A stretch of DNA of 64,000 bases from Octopus vulgaris (GCA_951406725.2 OX597814.1:104284001-104348000); one strand, 5' to 3'; counted from the stretch's first letter, positions 41,412-55,858 are shown. Numbers and translations are program-made. The notes: generated from the sequence alone by a model not told the origin.

Positions 41412-42792
41412 CTGGCCTGTATCTTTAATTTTAAATAAAATGCATTGCTCCAGCTTAAAAAAAAACAATAGCGTTTATACATATATAAAGCGAAATATGA
41501 ATATGCATACACACACATATAAAACACACACACGCACACACATGTATATAGATTTCATTTAATGTATACTGTATAAAGATAAAAGCTACATGTCTTCGCA
41601 ACAAGAAAGTAGCAGTAGTTCTTACCTTTATACTCTGCATTTTAAACGATATTTATCTTTCACTGGATGGAGTAATTTTTTTTGTTGCTCTCTCTTTCTT
41701 TGTACACACACACACATACAGAGACAGACAGACAGACAGACACACACACATACACATACACACACAGACACACACATACACATACAGATAAATGTATTTC
41801 TGTTTAAGTACACATATAAATACATGTATGTAGTCATATACATTCATGCATACATGAATGCATCACTTAACACACACTTACACACACTCATACATATAAA
41901 TACATCCATCCATGCACTCATAAATATACGCACATACATTCATACATACATACATACATACATACATACATACATACATACATACATACATTAGATACAT
42001 ACATACATGCATACATACATACATACATACATACATACATACATACATACATACATACATACATACATACATACATACATACATGCATACATACATACAT
42101 GCATTCATACATACATATATATATATACATACATGCATACATACATACACGCATGCATGCATACATACATACATACATAATACATACATACATAAATACA
42201 TACATACATACATACATAAATACATGCATACATACGTGCATACATACATACATACATAAATACATACATACATGCTTGCATGCATACATACATACATACA
42301 TACATACATACATACATACATACATACATACATACATACACACATACATACATACATACATACATACATACATACATACATACATACATACATACATGCA
42401 TACATACATACATACATGCATGCTTACGAAAAGATGTAGTTAGACTCGTGAGATTAGTTTGAATGGTGCTTAAGTGCTGCATCGTACGACTCAGACCAGA
42501 CCTACTGGATATAAAGAGAGAGAAATGAGGACACCATGGATGAATTCACTAGTGAAAATATAAACGGCCAGCATTCTAAGCGTAGGTGAAGAACTTCCGA
42601 ATAATTGCCTCTGAGTACACACAGTTGTTCCATGTCAACCAAAGAGAATTGGATTAATCTACTTAAGTAGAAACTCAGAAATGAAATACTCGTCATCGAA
42701 GCAGGAAGTCAAATATGGGTTGGGTCTCTTCTGCAAGGTGGGGAATCCCAATATTGACAGCAAAGGTAACGTCCTCGAAACTTTCATTGATA

Positions 42793-43155
42793 TGTAGTGA
42801 CGCTATTTTTCGAAGTTTTCAGCGCGCATGCGCAGATGCCGCCGGAAGTTCCCTCATGCGCATGCGCAGAGACCTGCAAACTGAAAGCGTTCCCGCTAAA
42901 TCTGTCTTTTTGAATCAGCAGCCCTACCGAGAGGACGCGACCAACCTTCTCTCAGGGAAAACCCTACATATAGAGAAGCTCTCTTCTAAGCGGGAACGGA
43001 GACGGTAATTTTGGCTCACAAAAGTGAACATTTGTGAACAGTCTTGTGGACTTGGCTACCGGTTCGCCCTTAAGGAAACCCGAAAAATAAAGTATTATTT
43101 ATTGCCATTGAAGACAGTTGGATTTTGGTTCTCCCTTCGACAATTGTATGTGACA
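42793..43155 (+). mobile_element. Probable solo LTR (363 bp)
   Basis: TGT...ACA termini, near-identical 5-bp flanks TGATA/AGATA, internal AATAAA at about 43086 and a CpG-rich U3-like part. Confidence 0.65.
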
Positions 43156-43514
43156 AGATAAGACAGACACCCCTCAAGTGTTCCTGAGACCTTCATCTTG
43201 TTACAGATACATCTCGCCCAAAAGGTTATTCCTTCACTGTTCAAGAACAGGAAATAAGATACTAAATACGCGATTCATAAGAGAGATTGTGAGGCATCCA
43301 GACTTGTGCGTTGTGATAGAATGTATTGATTGTGCTCCACGTCACCATCAGTTGTTCAAAGAAGTCGGGAAAGTATTATTTCTTAACAAAACATCGCTTT
43401 GTTACCAAGTGTATATAAAAAGGCTTCTTCAGTTGGAGGGATTGTATGGACGGTTATACCAAAAGTATATCAGCACCAGAATATAGTCAAAGCTTTAAAA
43501 GTAAGGAATATTAC

Positions 43515-43739
43515 TCTTACTCTCTTTGCTCTTTTAATTGTTTCAGTCATTTGACTGCGGCCATGCTGGAGCACCGCCTTTAATCGAGCAACTTGACTCC
43601 GGGACTTATTCTTTTGAAAGCCCAGTACTTATTCTTTCGGTCTCTTTTGCCGAACCGCTAAGTAATGGGGACATAAACACACCAGCATCGGTTGTCAAGC
43701 AATGCTAGGGGGACAAACACAGACACACAAACACACACA

Positions 43740-43803
<64 letters not shown>

Positions 43804-43952
43804 TACGACGGGCTTCTTTCAGTTTCCGTCTACCAAATCCACTCACAAGGCTTTGGTTGGCCCGAGGCTATAGTAGAAGACACTTGCCCAAGGTGCCATG
43901 CAGTGGGACTGAACCCGGAACCATGTGGTTGGTAAACAAGCTACTTACCACA
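43515..43952 (-). mobile_element. SINE family A
   Basis: Reverse complement of the family consensus, with an internal (TA)n spacer. Confidence 0.9.
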
Positions 43953-44505
43953 CACTCTGTTTTTTCGTTGTTTGAAAAAAATTTCGTTTCCATGTTTTTG
44001 TTTTTATATTTTCATTTCTCATTGTGTTCAACGTTTTTTTCATGGCCTGTACCCATATATGCATATATATATATATACATATAGATGTAGGTATTAGTGG
44101 AATATTTCAATGAAACATCAATCCGTTGCATGCTCAACAGACCTGGTTTCGAATGTAGGAAAAGACATCTATGGAGAACTAATGAAGAAAATACAACTCT
44201 TGTATCTTGACTATAAATTTTTATTTGTCATCGGATACTGGGCGGTCGAGCAGGAGGTTTGCATAAATTCTTGGAAAGGCTGGGTTTCTCCGAAAGGAAA
44301 CCAGAAAAACGCGGAGTAGACGAAACAGAGACAACTGAAGAAGGGGAATATTCCTTGTGTTGTATGTCTTATACTCTGTTTTTTCGTTGTTTGAAAAAAA
44401 TTTCGTTTCCATGTTTTTGTTTTTATATTTTCATTTCTTATTGTGTTCAACGTTTTTTGATGTCCTTTACCCATATATGCATGTATATATACATATAGAT
44501 GTAGG
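43953..44505 (+). repeat. About 140-bp direct repeats (43953-44092, 44372-44505) flanking a unique core
   Basis: actctgttttttcgttgtttgaaaaaaatttcgtttcc...catatagatgtaggta occurs twice. Confidence 0.8.
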
Positions 44506-44628
44506 TATGTGCATATATTATTTATATTATTATATGATCGAACGCCACGCATCCTTTTCCAAGTAAGTTTTATCTATATATATACATATATACACATGTA
44601 TACATACATACACACAAACACACACACG

Positions 44629-44719
<91 letters not shown>

Positions 44720-44734
44720 TTGTATATAAACGCA

Positions 44735-44931
44735 GGAGGCTGTGTTGAAAACTTCCTGGCTTTGAGTAAAAGAAAATACATGAGGATCAGTTGATTATGA
44801 TTTTATCCAACATATTTCCCTCTCAGATTTACGCACTTATTGCAGCGGTCCTTCAGTTTTCCTAATTCCAATAAAAGAACCAGACCTTTCGCGATCCTCT
44901 TAAAGTCAGGAACGTTTCAGCAGTCCCTCGT
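44735..44931 (-). mobile_element. Mariner-derived MITE
   Basis: Imperfect TIR (TACGAGGGACTGCTGAAACGTTCCTGACTTT). Retains a transposase tail KLKDRCNKCVNLRGKYVG*. Confidence 0.7.
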
Positions 44932-44952
44932 AAATACACACACACACACACA

Positions 44953-45070
<118 letters not shown>

Positions 45071-45377
45071 TGTAGGGTGGGTGCGTGACGGGTGTGTATA
45101 AACATGTACAAGTATGCATATATGTGTATGTGACTGTGTGTGCAGATATGCACTTTAGTACAAAAATAATTTATATAATTCTGAAGAAATACATATGTAT
45201 ACATATATCTAAATCCATATATATCTACGTTTCTATTAACTGCACACAGTCTTATACATACATACGTACATACACACACACACATACATACATACATACA
45301 TACATACATACATACCTAAATACATACATACATACATACATACATACCTATCTACCTACCTATGTATGTGTCTATCT

Positions 45378-45463
<86 letters not shown>

Positions 45464-45734
45464 CTCTATCTCTCTCTATCTCTGCCTCTCTCTCTCTATC
45501 TCTGCCTCTCTATCTCTGTCTCTCTCTGTACTTTTGTATTAATATACGTTAAGCAGACAATAAATAAATGAATGAGGAAATCAATAAATCAAGTAGATGT
45601 CCCTCAGTTATGAGGAAGAGACGCGTTCAATGTTTCACATACATACATTTACATATATGTCTATATATATATGTATATATTTTATGAACTAATAACGATG
45701 TTCGACACACATTTTACACACATATATATGCATG

Positions 45735-45810
<76 letters not shown>

Positions 45811-46107
45811 ATATAGCGATGTTCGATTTTTTTCCTATGCGAAAAAGAAAGCGATGTGGTGACAAGATGGCCGACCTGTTTAGAATGAGTGGAAAAGAGA
45901 AGAAAGAAATGAGACGAAGTGATTTATTGCAGTTTGAATATCAACCAAAAACATTGTCTCCAAGAGACAGCTTCTTGTCCTCTTCAATGAACATTGATAA
46001 CAAGAATGCACTGGTGTACATATATATTCACACACACATATATATATTAATAAATATATATATATAGATTTGTACATACACACACATAATATATATATAT
46101 TTGTATG

Positions 46108-46145
<38 letters not shown>

Positions 46146-46499
46146 TATATACTCTTTATTAAAAAGCAGCAAAAGCAGCAAAAAACCCCACAAAAGCTGT
46201 TACTCAGTTTCACGTTCCCGTTTGTCGGACAGTTTTGATTTTCCACCTTGTTTTGTATATATGATATATGGTATATATATATATATATATTAGAAAAATT
46301 GAGGTAATCAGATCAGATGGTTCATATTTGTAGATATTTATTTATATATTACATTTTTTACATATATATCATATCATTCGGATTAGCGCTTGCTCCCATT
46401 CTAGTGGGTTTTCAAATCAAATCAGTTGTGGGTAGTTTGAACCTTTTTATAGTTTCGTAGCAGTGGGTGAGGAGGAAGTGAGACAGAGAGAAAATATGT

Positions 46500-46571
<72 letters not shown>

Positions 46572-46775
46572 ATTTATATCTGAGAGTGAAGAAGTGTTAT
46601 TTCCGTTGGTCTGCTGGACCCCCTGTGGTTTTATAAGAACTTTGGCTGTCCATTTCAATGTCACTGAGTGTGTGTTGTGCATAGGTTGGCCTGGCAAATG
46701 TCATTTGGGGTCACACTTTCTATGATCATTCTGTGGAGGTGTGTGTGTGTGTGTGTCTCTGTGTGTCTGTGTGTG

Positions 46776-46823
<48 letters not shown>

Positions 46824-47340
46824 TGTGTGTTTGGAGAAGGGGAGAGAGACAAAAGAGAAAAAGGGAAAATAAAAATAATAATAATAAAAATAAAAAATTA
46901 AAAAATTAAAAAAATATAAAATAAAATAAAAAAATAAAAACAAAAAATAAAAAATAAAATAAAAAAATATAAAGAATAAATAAAAATATAAAGAATAAAA
47001 AATAAAAAAATAAAAATAAAAATAAAAATAAAAATAAGGGAGGAAGTGGAGAAGAAAAAATATTTTTGTATGTTGATATTTATACCAACACATATATATA
47101 CACACACACAGACTTATACATAAAATATTTGAAAAAACCTTTTTATCGGTTCAAAATGAACAACCAAATTATACCATCTTGAAAGTTGTATGTCATAGGA
47201 AAGTTAAAATTAAAGTGACAATTAAAGGGTAAAGATGGAAGTGAATTATAAAGATAATAATATAATATGATGTATATAACAGGCAATACACACATCTACA
47301 CACACACAGATTTTTCCTTCAATGTATGTTGAGTAAAGTT

Positions 47341-48718
47341 TCAGCCATTTAATTTGGGGGAGAACTTAGCTATGAAATGTTTTTCCATATTCCTCCTGAA
47401 GGGGGTGTCATTCTTCGGACACTTGTAGAAGGGAAATATCTTAAATTTTCCTTCTCCACATGTAGCTAGGTGTGTGCTTAGTGGTATTTTGCGTAGTTCT
47501 TCCTGCCGAATATGTTGTCGGTGGATCCTGGCTCGCTGGCACAAAGAATTACCAGTTTCTCCTACGTAATTCTCCTTGCATGTGGGGCAGGTTATGCAGT
47601 ATATGACGTTCTGCGTCTTGCAGTTCATATCTGCATTTACTTTGAATATGACACCATTTTTAAATCTTATCTCTCTGTTGCTCTCTATGTATTTGTAGGT
47701 GGGGTTGCTGCAGGTCCCACATCTACCATCTCCGCACTCTTTTGCAAAGAATTCCGTTTTAGTTTCTGAAGAGAATTTCGCTCTTGTTAGGTGTTTTTTT
47801 AGGTTTTTGTCCTGTCGTCTACTGTTTTTTATGCTATATTTGTTTAATATGTTTTTCATTTTGGGGCTCTGTAAGGCTATTGGTAGGTTTGAATGTATGG
47901 TTTGGAAGATGTTGGTAACTCCAGGGTTGTGTGTGTTTATAAAAGGGATAGTGTTTTCTTTGTTTTTTGTTTTGGGTGTCCTGAGTTGTGTGATGTCTAG
48001 TTTTAATGCTCTTGTGATTCCATTTTCTATTAGTTTAAGGGGGTATTTTTGCTCTAGGAGGAAGCTTTTGAGTTCATCTAGTCTTATTAATCGTATTTGT
48101 GAATCAGTTACTATGCTACATATTCGTCGTGCCATACTATATGGGATGTTTCTTTTTGTGTGGGATGGGTGGCAGGAGTGGAAATTTAAGTATTGATGTG
48201 TGTCAGTTTTTTTGTAGTGGATGTCTGTTGTGACGATGGAGTTGTGTATTTTGATGTTGATGTCTAGGAAGGGAAGTTCGTTGTGGCTGGTATCTATTGT
48301 GAAATTGATAGATGGGTGCAGCGTATTGAGGATGTTGTGGAATGTTTGTAGGTCCTCTTCTGATCTGTTCCAAAAGATGAAACAGTCATCGAGGTAGCGT
48401 TTCCACTTTTTCTTGATGTCTTCTCTGAAGTCGTGTTCGAAGACTTTCCCTATTTCGTCATATAGTTTTTTCTCCAGGAAGCCCATCACTAGGTTGGCAT
48501 ATGAAGGTGCGAATTTTGTACCCATAGCCGTGCCTTTTATCTGTCGGTATGTCTTGTTGTTGAATGAGAATGTGTTTTCTTCTAGTATTAGTTGGGTGGC
48601 TTGGGTGATAAAGTTTGTCTTGAAGCGTTCATCTATAAGTTCTCTGTATTTTTCTATTGATTGTTTTATAGCTTCTAGACCTAGGGTGTGTGGTATGTTT
48701 GTGTATAGATTTGTGACA
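47341..48718 (-). CDS. 5'-truncated PLE ORF (RT plus GIY-YIG), Naiad-like, uninterrupted about 460 codons
   Basis: VTNLYTNIP...GTAMGTKFAPSYANL, RYLDD, HSCHPSH, CGDGRCGTC, VIYCITCPTC..YVGET, ending PKLNG. The 5' break abuts (TA)n. The clade call is an inference. Confidence 0.93.
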
Positions 48719-48921
48719 ATATATATATATTGGAAAAATATGTATGTATATCTGTATGTATATATATATATATGTGTATGTATGTATATATGTATATATA
48801 TATGTATGTATACATATATGTATATATATATATATATATGTTTATATGACTTTATACATATATACGTTTATGCGTGCGTGTGTGCGTGCATATATAAATT
48901 TATGCATCTTTTTTCTATCTC

Positions 48922-48961
<40 letters not shown>

Positions 48962-48967
48962 TGCATA

Positions 48968-49000
<33 letters not shown>

Positions 49001-49192
49001 GTGCTGTGCATAACGCTAAACAGCAAGAATAAATGAGACTACCCGTATTGCAGTATTTAAATTAATGAATCATATCGCATTTATTATAAAACTCAGTGTT
49101 AACAATAGCGACAGAAGCGCCACCTATATGCCGTATTATTCTGTATCTAAACACAACAGTTAATTCCTTATTGAAAGTTGTCTTATTCATCG

Positions 49193-49257
<65 letters not shown>

Positions 49258-49523
49258 CTGCTGCATTTAATAGATGCGCAAATTTAAAACTTAATCTTAT
49301 CTATCGATTTTTTTTCTTTCCGTTATATATTATAGATTATAAATAAATTATATCAAATATGTATTATATATAAATATATAATACAGTCTAATAAATACAA
49401 ATATATTACATTAAATATGAAGTATAAAACATGGATATGACTTAATTCTCTCCTGATCCTTTGTGAAATACAATAAACTTCATACATACATACATAAATA
49501 CATACAGACGTACATACTTACAT

Positions 49524-49572
<49 letters not shown>

Positions 49573-49615
49573 AAGACGTAATACCTGCATGCACAAATAC
49601 ATGCATACATACATA

Positions 49616-49662
<47 letters not shown>

Positions 49663-49697
49663 TTATATATACGTGTATATATATGTTTATATATGTG

Positions 49698-49930
49698 TGT
49701 GGCTGTGTGGTAAGTAGCTTGCTTACCAACCACATAGTTCCGGATTCAGTCCTTAGGCAAGTGTCTTCTATAGCTTGACAACCGATGCTGGTGTGTTTAG
49801 GTCCTCGTAACTTAGCGGTTCGACAAAAAAGACCGATAGAATAAGTACTAGGCTTACAAAGAATAAGTCCTGGGGTCGATTTGCTCCACTAAAGGCGGTG
49901 CTCCAGCATGGCCGCGGTCAAATGACTGGA
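49698..49930 (+). mobile_element. SINE family A with internal deletions
   Basis: Head and tail modules present. Confidence 0.8.
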
Positions 49931-49934
49931 ATGA

Positions 49935-50520
49935 AAACACAAATAAACTCCTAAAATTTAAAAACCTATTGAACAACATAAACCCAAATATACAGTTCAC
50001 AATGGAATACAACAAAAAGGAGCTCCTATTCTTGGATATACTAATTAAAAAAATTAACCTTAAAATAGAAACAGACATTTTTTACAAAGCCACAGACGCC
50101 AAACAATACCTTCTTTTTGATTCATGCCACCCAAGACACACTAAAACAAACATCCCCTTCAACCTTGCAAGAAGGATATGCACAATAGTGTCAGAACAAA
50201 ATACCAGGAACTTTAGACTGCAAGAACTCAAAAACACCCTAATTGACAGACATTACCCAGCTCAACTCATGGAGGATGGGATCAGACGTGCAACAGAAAT
50301 CAACATAGAAACTTTAAGAAAAGTTCAACACAACAACACACCTTCCCCGAAAATACTACCTTACATATCCACATACAACCCCAGAAACAAAGAAGCCTTC
50401 ACCATCATCACCCAGAATTTACCAATACTTCATAAGGACCCCAAATTAAAGGAAATTCTAAACATACACCAAATCATTAAAAGCTACAAACGACCTAAAT
50501 CACTTAAAAAGATTCTCTGT
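49935..50520 (+). pseudogene. Second Naiad-like PLE fragment (RT thumb/linker)
   Basis: INPNIQFTME...FLDI...QYLLFDSCHPRHTKTNIPFNLARRICTIV. Homologous to 47341-48718 but diverged. Confidence 0.88.
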
Positions 50521-50585
50521 AGTTTTTTCACTTTTTACTATTTTCTATATATTCAACCACGTGCTTTCACATACCAACTTTCTTA

Positions 50586-50623
<38 letters not shown>

Positions 50624-50627
<4 letters not shown>

Positions 50628-50800
50628 AAGGCTTGGTCGGCCCGAGGCTATAGTTGAAGACACTTGCCCAACATGCCACACAGCGGGTTCAGTCCCACTG
50701 TGTGGCATGATGGGCAAGTGTCTTCTACTATAGCCTCGGGCCGACCAAAGCCTTGTGAGTGGATTTGGTAGACGGAAACTGAAAGAAGCCCGTCGTATAT
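50624..50800. mobile_element. Fold-back copy of SINE family A
   Basis: 50624-50683 is the reverse complement of 50697-50758. The loop contains the B box. Confidence 0.85.
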
Positions 50801-50803
50801 ATG

Positions 50804-50852
<49 letters not shown>

Positions 50853-50860
<8 letters not shown>

Positions 50861-51280
50861 ATGAGGGTGTCTAAAAGACACCAACATGCCGAAATAGCAG
50901 TCGAAACTCTGACTATAAAACCACGTTAAATGTTCATATCGCACCATGAGGTAAAGCGGAGGGACAAAACATACAAGCAAAAATTATTGAATAATTCAAG
51001 ATCCAAGGATTTCTGGTTCTGCTTTAAATAAGCACCGCAGTGAATATAATAACGAATTATATAAATTTATATATGAGGATAATATAGTCAGAGTTTCGAC
51101 TGCTATTTCGGCATGTTGGTGTCTTTTAGACACCCTCATTTTTAATTGTTAAAATTTTTTTACCTTTATAAGGTATTTCTTTCATGCTGGCCACTTGATA
51201 ATTTCGACACTTAAATATCGATATTATCCTCATATATAAATTTATATAATTCGTTATTATATTCACTGCGGTGCTTATTT
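50853..51280. repeat. Double inverted duplication (A...B A'...B')
   Basis: A at 50853-50916 pairs with 51084-51147, and B at 51028-51085 pairs with 51221-51280. Both are essentially perfect. Confidence 0.9.
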
Positions 51281-52008
51281 TAACCATATCGTAATTATGC
51301 GGTGATTTGGCGGGCGATTCAAACTGGCTGTGTCCATACGTGCACACTCTCCCTCTCTTACACACCCCCTCTCTCACTCTCTAACACATTCTCTCTCACA
51401 CACACACAGTCTCTCTCCCCTTCTCTCTCACATACACACTCTCTCTCTCACACACACTCTCCCCTCTCTCTCACACACACTCTCTCTCATACACACACAC
51501 TCTCTCTCTCACGCACATGCACACACGCCATATGATTCCTGTTAGTTTGTCGGCGTTCCGAAGAGTTGTGATGTAAGATGAAGATGTGCTCCCGGTTGTT
51601 GAAGTGTTTGACTTCGCTTATTTCTTTTGTAAATGCTGGTTCCGCAATCTCTGTTGAGTTCATAGAGGTACGATTTGAGTTGTTAGAAGAGCATAGGTGT
51701 GGGCCGTAGTACTACAACCTGTTCAAAACAAAGGATCGCTAGTGTGCCAACGTCACAGCTGGAGCTCCCATACAACAGATACTCACTTCTCGACTCACTT
51801 CCCACCCACCCACTGACCTCTCGACAGCTCGTCGACAGACTTTGAACATTTTTTTTGAAGCATGTCTGTCTCTGCAAAGATCTTTGTCAAGGTCACGAAC
51901 CTGCTTATGAGTAGTTTCCCTGCTTGGGGTTGCCGCTTGAGTGGTGCAAAGGCCTCATCCGTCAGGAGGAGTAGAGAATCGCCAACAAAAATGGTGGATT
52001 CAGTGACG

Positions 52009-52073
<65 letters not shown>

Positions 52074-52612
52074 ACTACTACTACGACTACATTTTTGATG
52101 CTACACTATTGGTTTCAATGTAGTTAAGTTGAGGAAGGCCGTATTTTTTAAGGTGTTGGTCATATATATTCCGGGTTTTGTCGATGAGAGTAGCGTTATA
52201 GATTTCGTATGGGTACGCTATTTCATATGGGTACCCGATTTCCATATCAGGTTCAGGTGTTGAGTTTTTTGCTTGAAACTTTCAGTGAGGTAATTATGAA
52301 ACTTTACCCAAAGCTGAGGCGTTCTATTTTCCCGCAAATCGATTTGATTGGCGAGAATCTTGTTTGTTATTCAAATTAAAATTTGAGCTTCACCCAAACT
52401 CCTTTCTCCACGGGGCATTAGTTATGGCAACGTCGTTTAAAGAAAATCGTGGCATGAAAGACAATATTTGGTCGTGACAGTAATTTGAACTCGGATTCTT
52501 TAATTAAAATATGATGGTACATCAATTTCTAGTAGATGTATCGGCAGCAGCTTCACCTTAACCAAGTCTTCTGGTGAACTGAAGTGGTACAAGTAGTAGT
52601 AGTAGTATCAGT

Positions 52613-52660
<48 letters not shown>

Positions 52661-53587
52661 AAGGGATCGACAGGGAGAGAGAAAAAGGAGATAACTGAAA
52701 CACAAAAAACTCAATGTAGCAAAGCTTTCAATGACGAGTATAAAGGTGAGTATAACAGGAAAGAGAATCAGCACTGTAGTGGCAGCGGAGAATATGCGAT
52801 AGGTATATGCAAGAAAAAAATATGGATATACACACTTACACACAAAACTTCTCTAATAAAACTTTCTGAAATATATTTATACAGAGAGATATATGTATGT
52901 GCGTGTGCACATGTTTAGCAAACTTACATACACACACACAGAGCCAATTCACGCATATACACACACCACACCGTGAACTTTAGCTTCTTTATATATACAA
53001 GTGAAATAAAAAGTAAAATAACTGCATATATCTTGACCTAGTAATGTCACCATACAAACATACAAACAGATTTTCTATTATTTATGATGAAACATAGAGG
53101 AGCACGTAGAGGGAGGGCGATATACATAAATGTAAATCTGTGTGTGTGTGTGTGTATTAATGTGATATAAGAGTATGTGTATGGATGTGAGATGGAGGCT
53201 TAATAAAAAAGGATGTGTGAATATGTGTAACGGTATTTTAAGTAGTATAATTCCGAGTGTGTGTGTGTGTAAATGTGTGTATCTGATGTATAAGTTTATA
53301 AGTGGCAAAGGTGTGAATATGTATAAGTGAGTGTGTGTCCACGCATGTGTGTATTTATAAGAGGTATATGTGCGTTTGTGTGTGTATGTGTATATGTATG
53401 CATGTGTATGAATGCTAGAGGTACGAATGTGTGTATAGACATATGCAAAATGATATGCATGTATGCATGTGTGTATGTATATACGTATATATATATATAT
53501 ATATATATATGTACTTTGATACTTTGATACTTTGATAGGTTTCGGCCATTATTGGCCCAGGCCATGTCTAACTTAATAGCACCACCT

Positions 53588-53640
<53 letters not shown>

Positions 53641-53765
53641 TCAAGTGTTTGTGTATATATGTATATCTGTATGTGATCTAGATGTCAATGTATGTATTTA
53701 TACACGATATAGGTGCGAATATGTATATGTGTGTGTGTATTTATAAATAAATATATATATGTATG

Positions 53766-53811
<46 letters not shown>

Positions 53812-54463
53812 TGTATGTATGTATGTATGTATGTATGTATATATATATATATATATATAAGTATGTATGTATGTAAGTATGTATGTATGTATGTGTGTAT
53901 GTATGTATGTAAATGTAAGTGTATGTGCGTGTTTGTGTATTTGTAAGTGATCTGGGTTTCAATGTGTGTGTGTGTGCGTGCGTGTTTGTGTATGTATATG
54001 TGCATACGTATTTATAAGTGAGATAGGTACGAATAGAGGAATATGTCTATGTGTGTATTTCTATAGGATATAGTTGTGAATGTGTATTGGCTCATCAATG
54101 TACTGATGTGAAATATTCCTGGTCACTGCATTAAATAGTTGGACTAATCATTCCTTCCCGGCCATTGCCACCCCCTGTAATCCCCTCATGGCCCTCATTG
54201 ATATATAAATGTGCAGCCTCGACTTCATTAACTTCACCAACTCTTGCTTTCTCTGTTAATGTTATGTACACTCCTCCTTCCCCTCCTCCTCCTCCTTCTC
54301 CTCCTGGAGCACCGTCTTGAAAGGGTTTAGTCAAACAAACCAACACCAGTGCTTATTCTGTCGGCCACTTTGGCCGAACCGCTTAGTTACAGGGACGTAG
54401 ATTAAACAAACCGGTGTCAAGCGGTGGTGGAGGGCCAACAGAGACACAAAGACACACATTTCC

Positions 54464-54518
<55 letters not shown>

Positions 54519-54556
54519 TAGTAGAATAATAAAAAAGTTCTTAGTACCGTATAATT

Positions 54557-54740
54557 TATTTGAAAAAATGAGTAGAGATGGCTTTTGTGGGGGATAATTT
54601 CTATTTTAATGATAATTTTTACAGTTACTCTAATGAGTTTCGAGCTTTTCAAACTCGAAACTCATTAGTATAGCTGTAAACATTATCATTAAAATAGAAA
54701 TTATCCCCCACAAAAGCCATCTCTACTCTTTTTTCAAATA
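54557..54740. repeat. 185-bp near-perfect palindrome
   Basis: gagtagagatggcttttgtgggggataatttc...gaaattatcccccacaaaagccatctctactc, with a 9-nt loop. Confidence 0.9.
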
Positions 54741-54944
54741 TATATATGTGTATATATATGAAATTGCAGCGACTAGGATGCATAATTGCATACAGAGCAA
54801 TGTTCAGTTACTGCAGTAGAAACATATGTTGGACATGCTGCAGAATACATTTTAATAAAAATATTTTGGATGTGAATAAATCCCCACTCTCCTCTTGGTT
54901 TTCAATTATATATATATAATGCTCACATATACGCGCACGCGCGC

Positions 54945-55228
54945 CTTCGTTTAGGGATCACCGATACTTTAGTATCTTCCCTTCTTTCTACTTCTCTTAT
55001 CAAACCTTTTTTTCCCAATCAGTCGCCATGCTTGATCGCTAAATCCACATGTGTTTTTATTCTCTCTCTGTTTATTTTCTCTTATTCCTTTCTGTTGAAG
55101 AGCGTAGGCTCTAAACGTAAAAGACTTTCTCACTTCCCGAGCGTCAAACTGATACACCTGCTTGTTGTTCATAGTCCTGTATTCGTCTGTTGATTTTCTG
55201 TAAATTTCAACTAACATATATGTATATA
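54945..55228 (+). mobile_element. Solo pseudo-LTR related to the Neptune-like element
   Basis: Shares ctttctgttgaagagcgtaggctc(t/g)aaacgt(a/t)aaagac and downstream sequence with 60685-60800. Confidence 0.7.
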
Positions 55229-55341
55229 TCACCGTGATCACCGTGACCGACCAGGCTATCAGATGTTGCTACACATCGCTGGTCACAATGCGCTTCGCAT
55301 TTTTTTAGCCTAACCACTGGACCATTGCGCCTCCATATGTG

Positions 55342-55375
<34 letters not shown>

Positions 55376-55459
55376 TTATTTTGATTATAATCACCCCATG
55401 GATTTATATGGATAACACCATACAAAATTCTGGTGCATCTAACCATATTCATTTGAATC

Positions 55460-55530
<71 letters not shown>

Positions 55531-55769
55531 TACTCTAAGACACAGAAAAAATACAAGATGGATTGCAAGAGTAGAAAACAGGCGTGGTTTGTGGTAAGAA
55601 GCTTGCTTCCAACTACATGCGTCCGGGTTCAATTCTGCTGTGCGGTACCTTGAGCAAATGACTTTACAATCATCAGGTTTATGCAGTGACAGTCGTGATC
55701 CACAATTGATAACAGTTGTCAATTTATTAATATGAGATATTCTTCCATACACAACCATACAAACTCGGA

Positions 55770-55858
<89 letters not shown>

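Noticed and set aside
47145-47200. SECIS-like spacing (AUGA-N12-AA-N26-GA) downstream of the Naiad-like ORF, minus strand
   Set aside because: Helix II pairs poorly, a competing 8-bp hairpin is better, and the visible ORF has no in-frame UGA.
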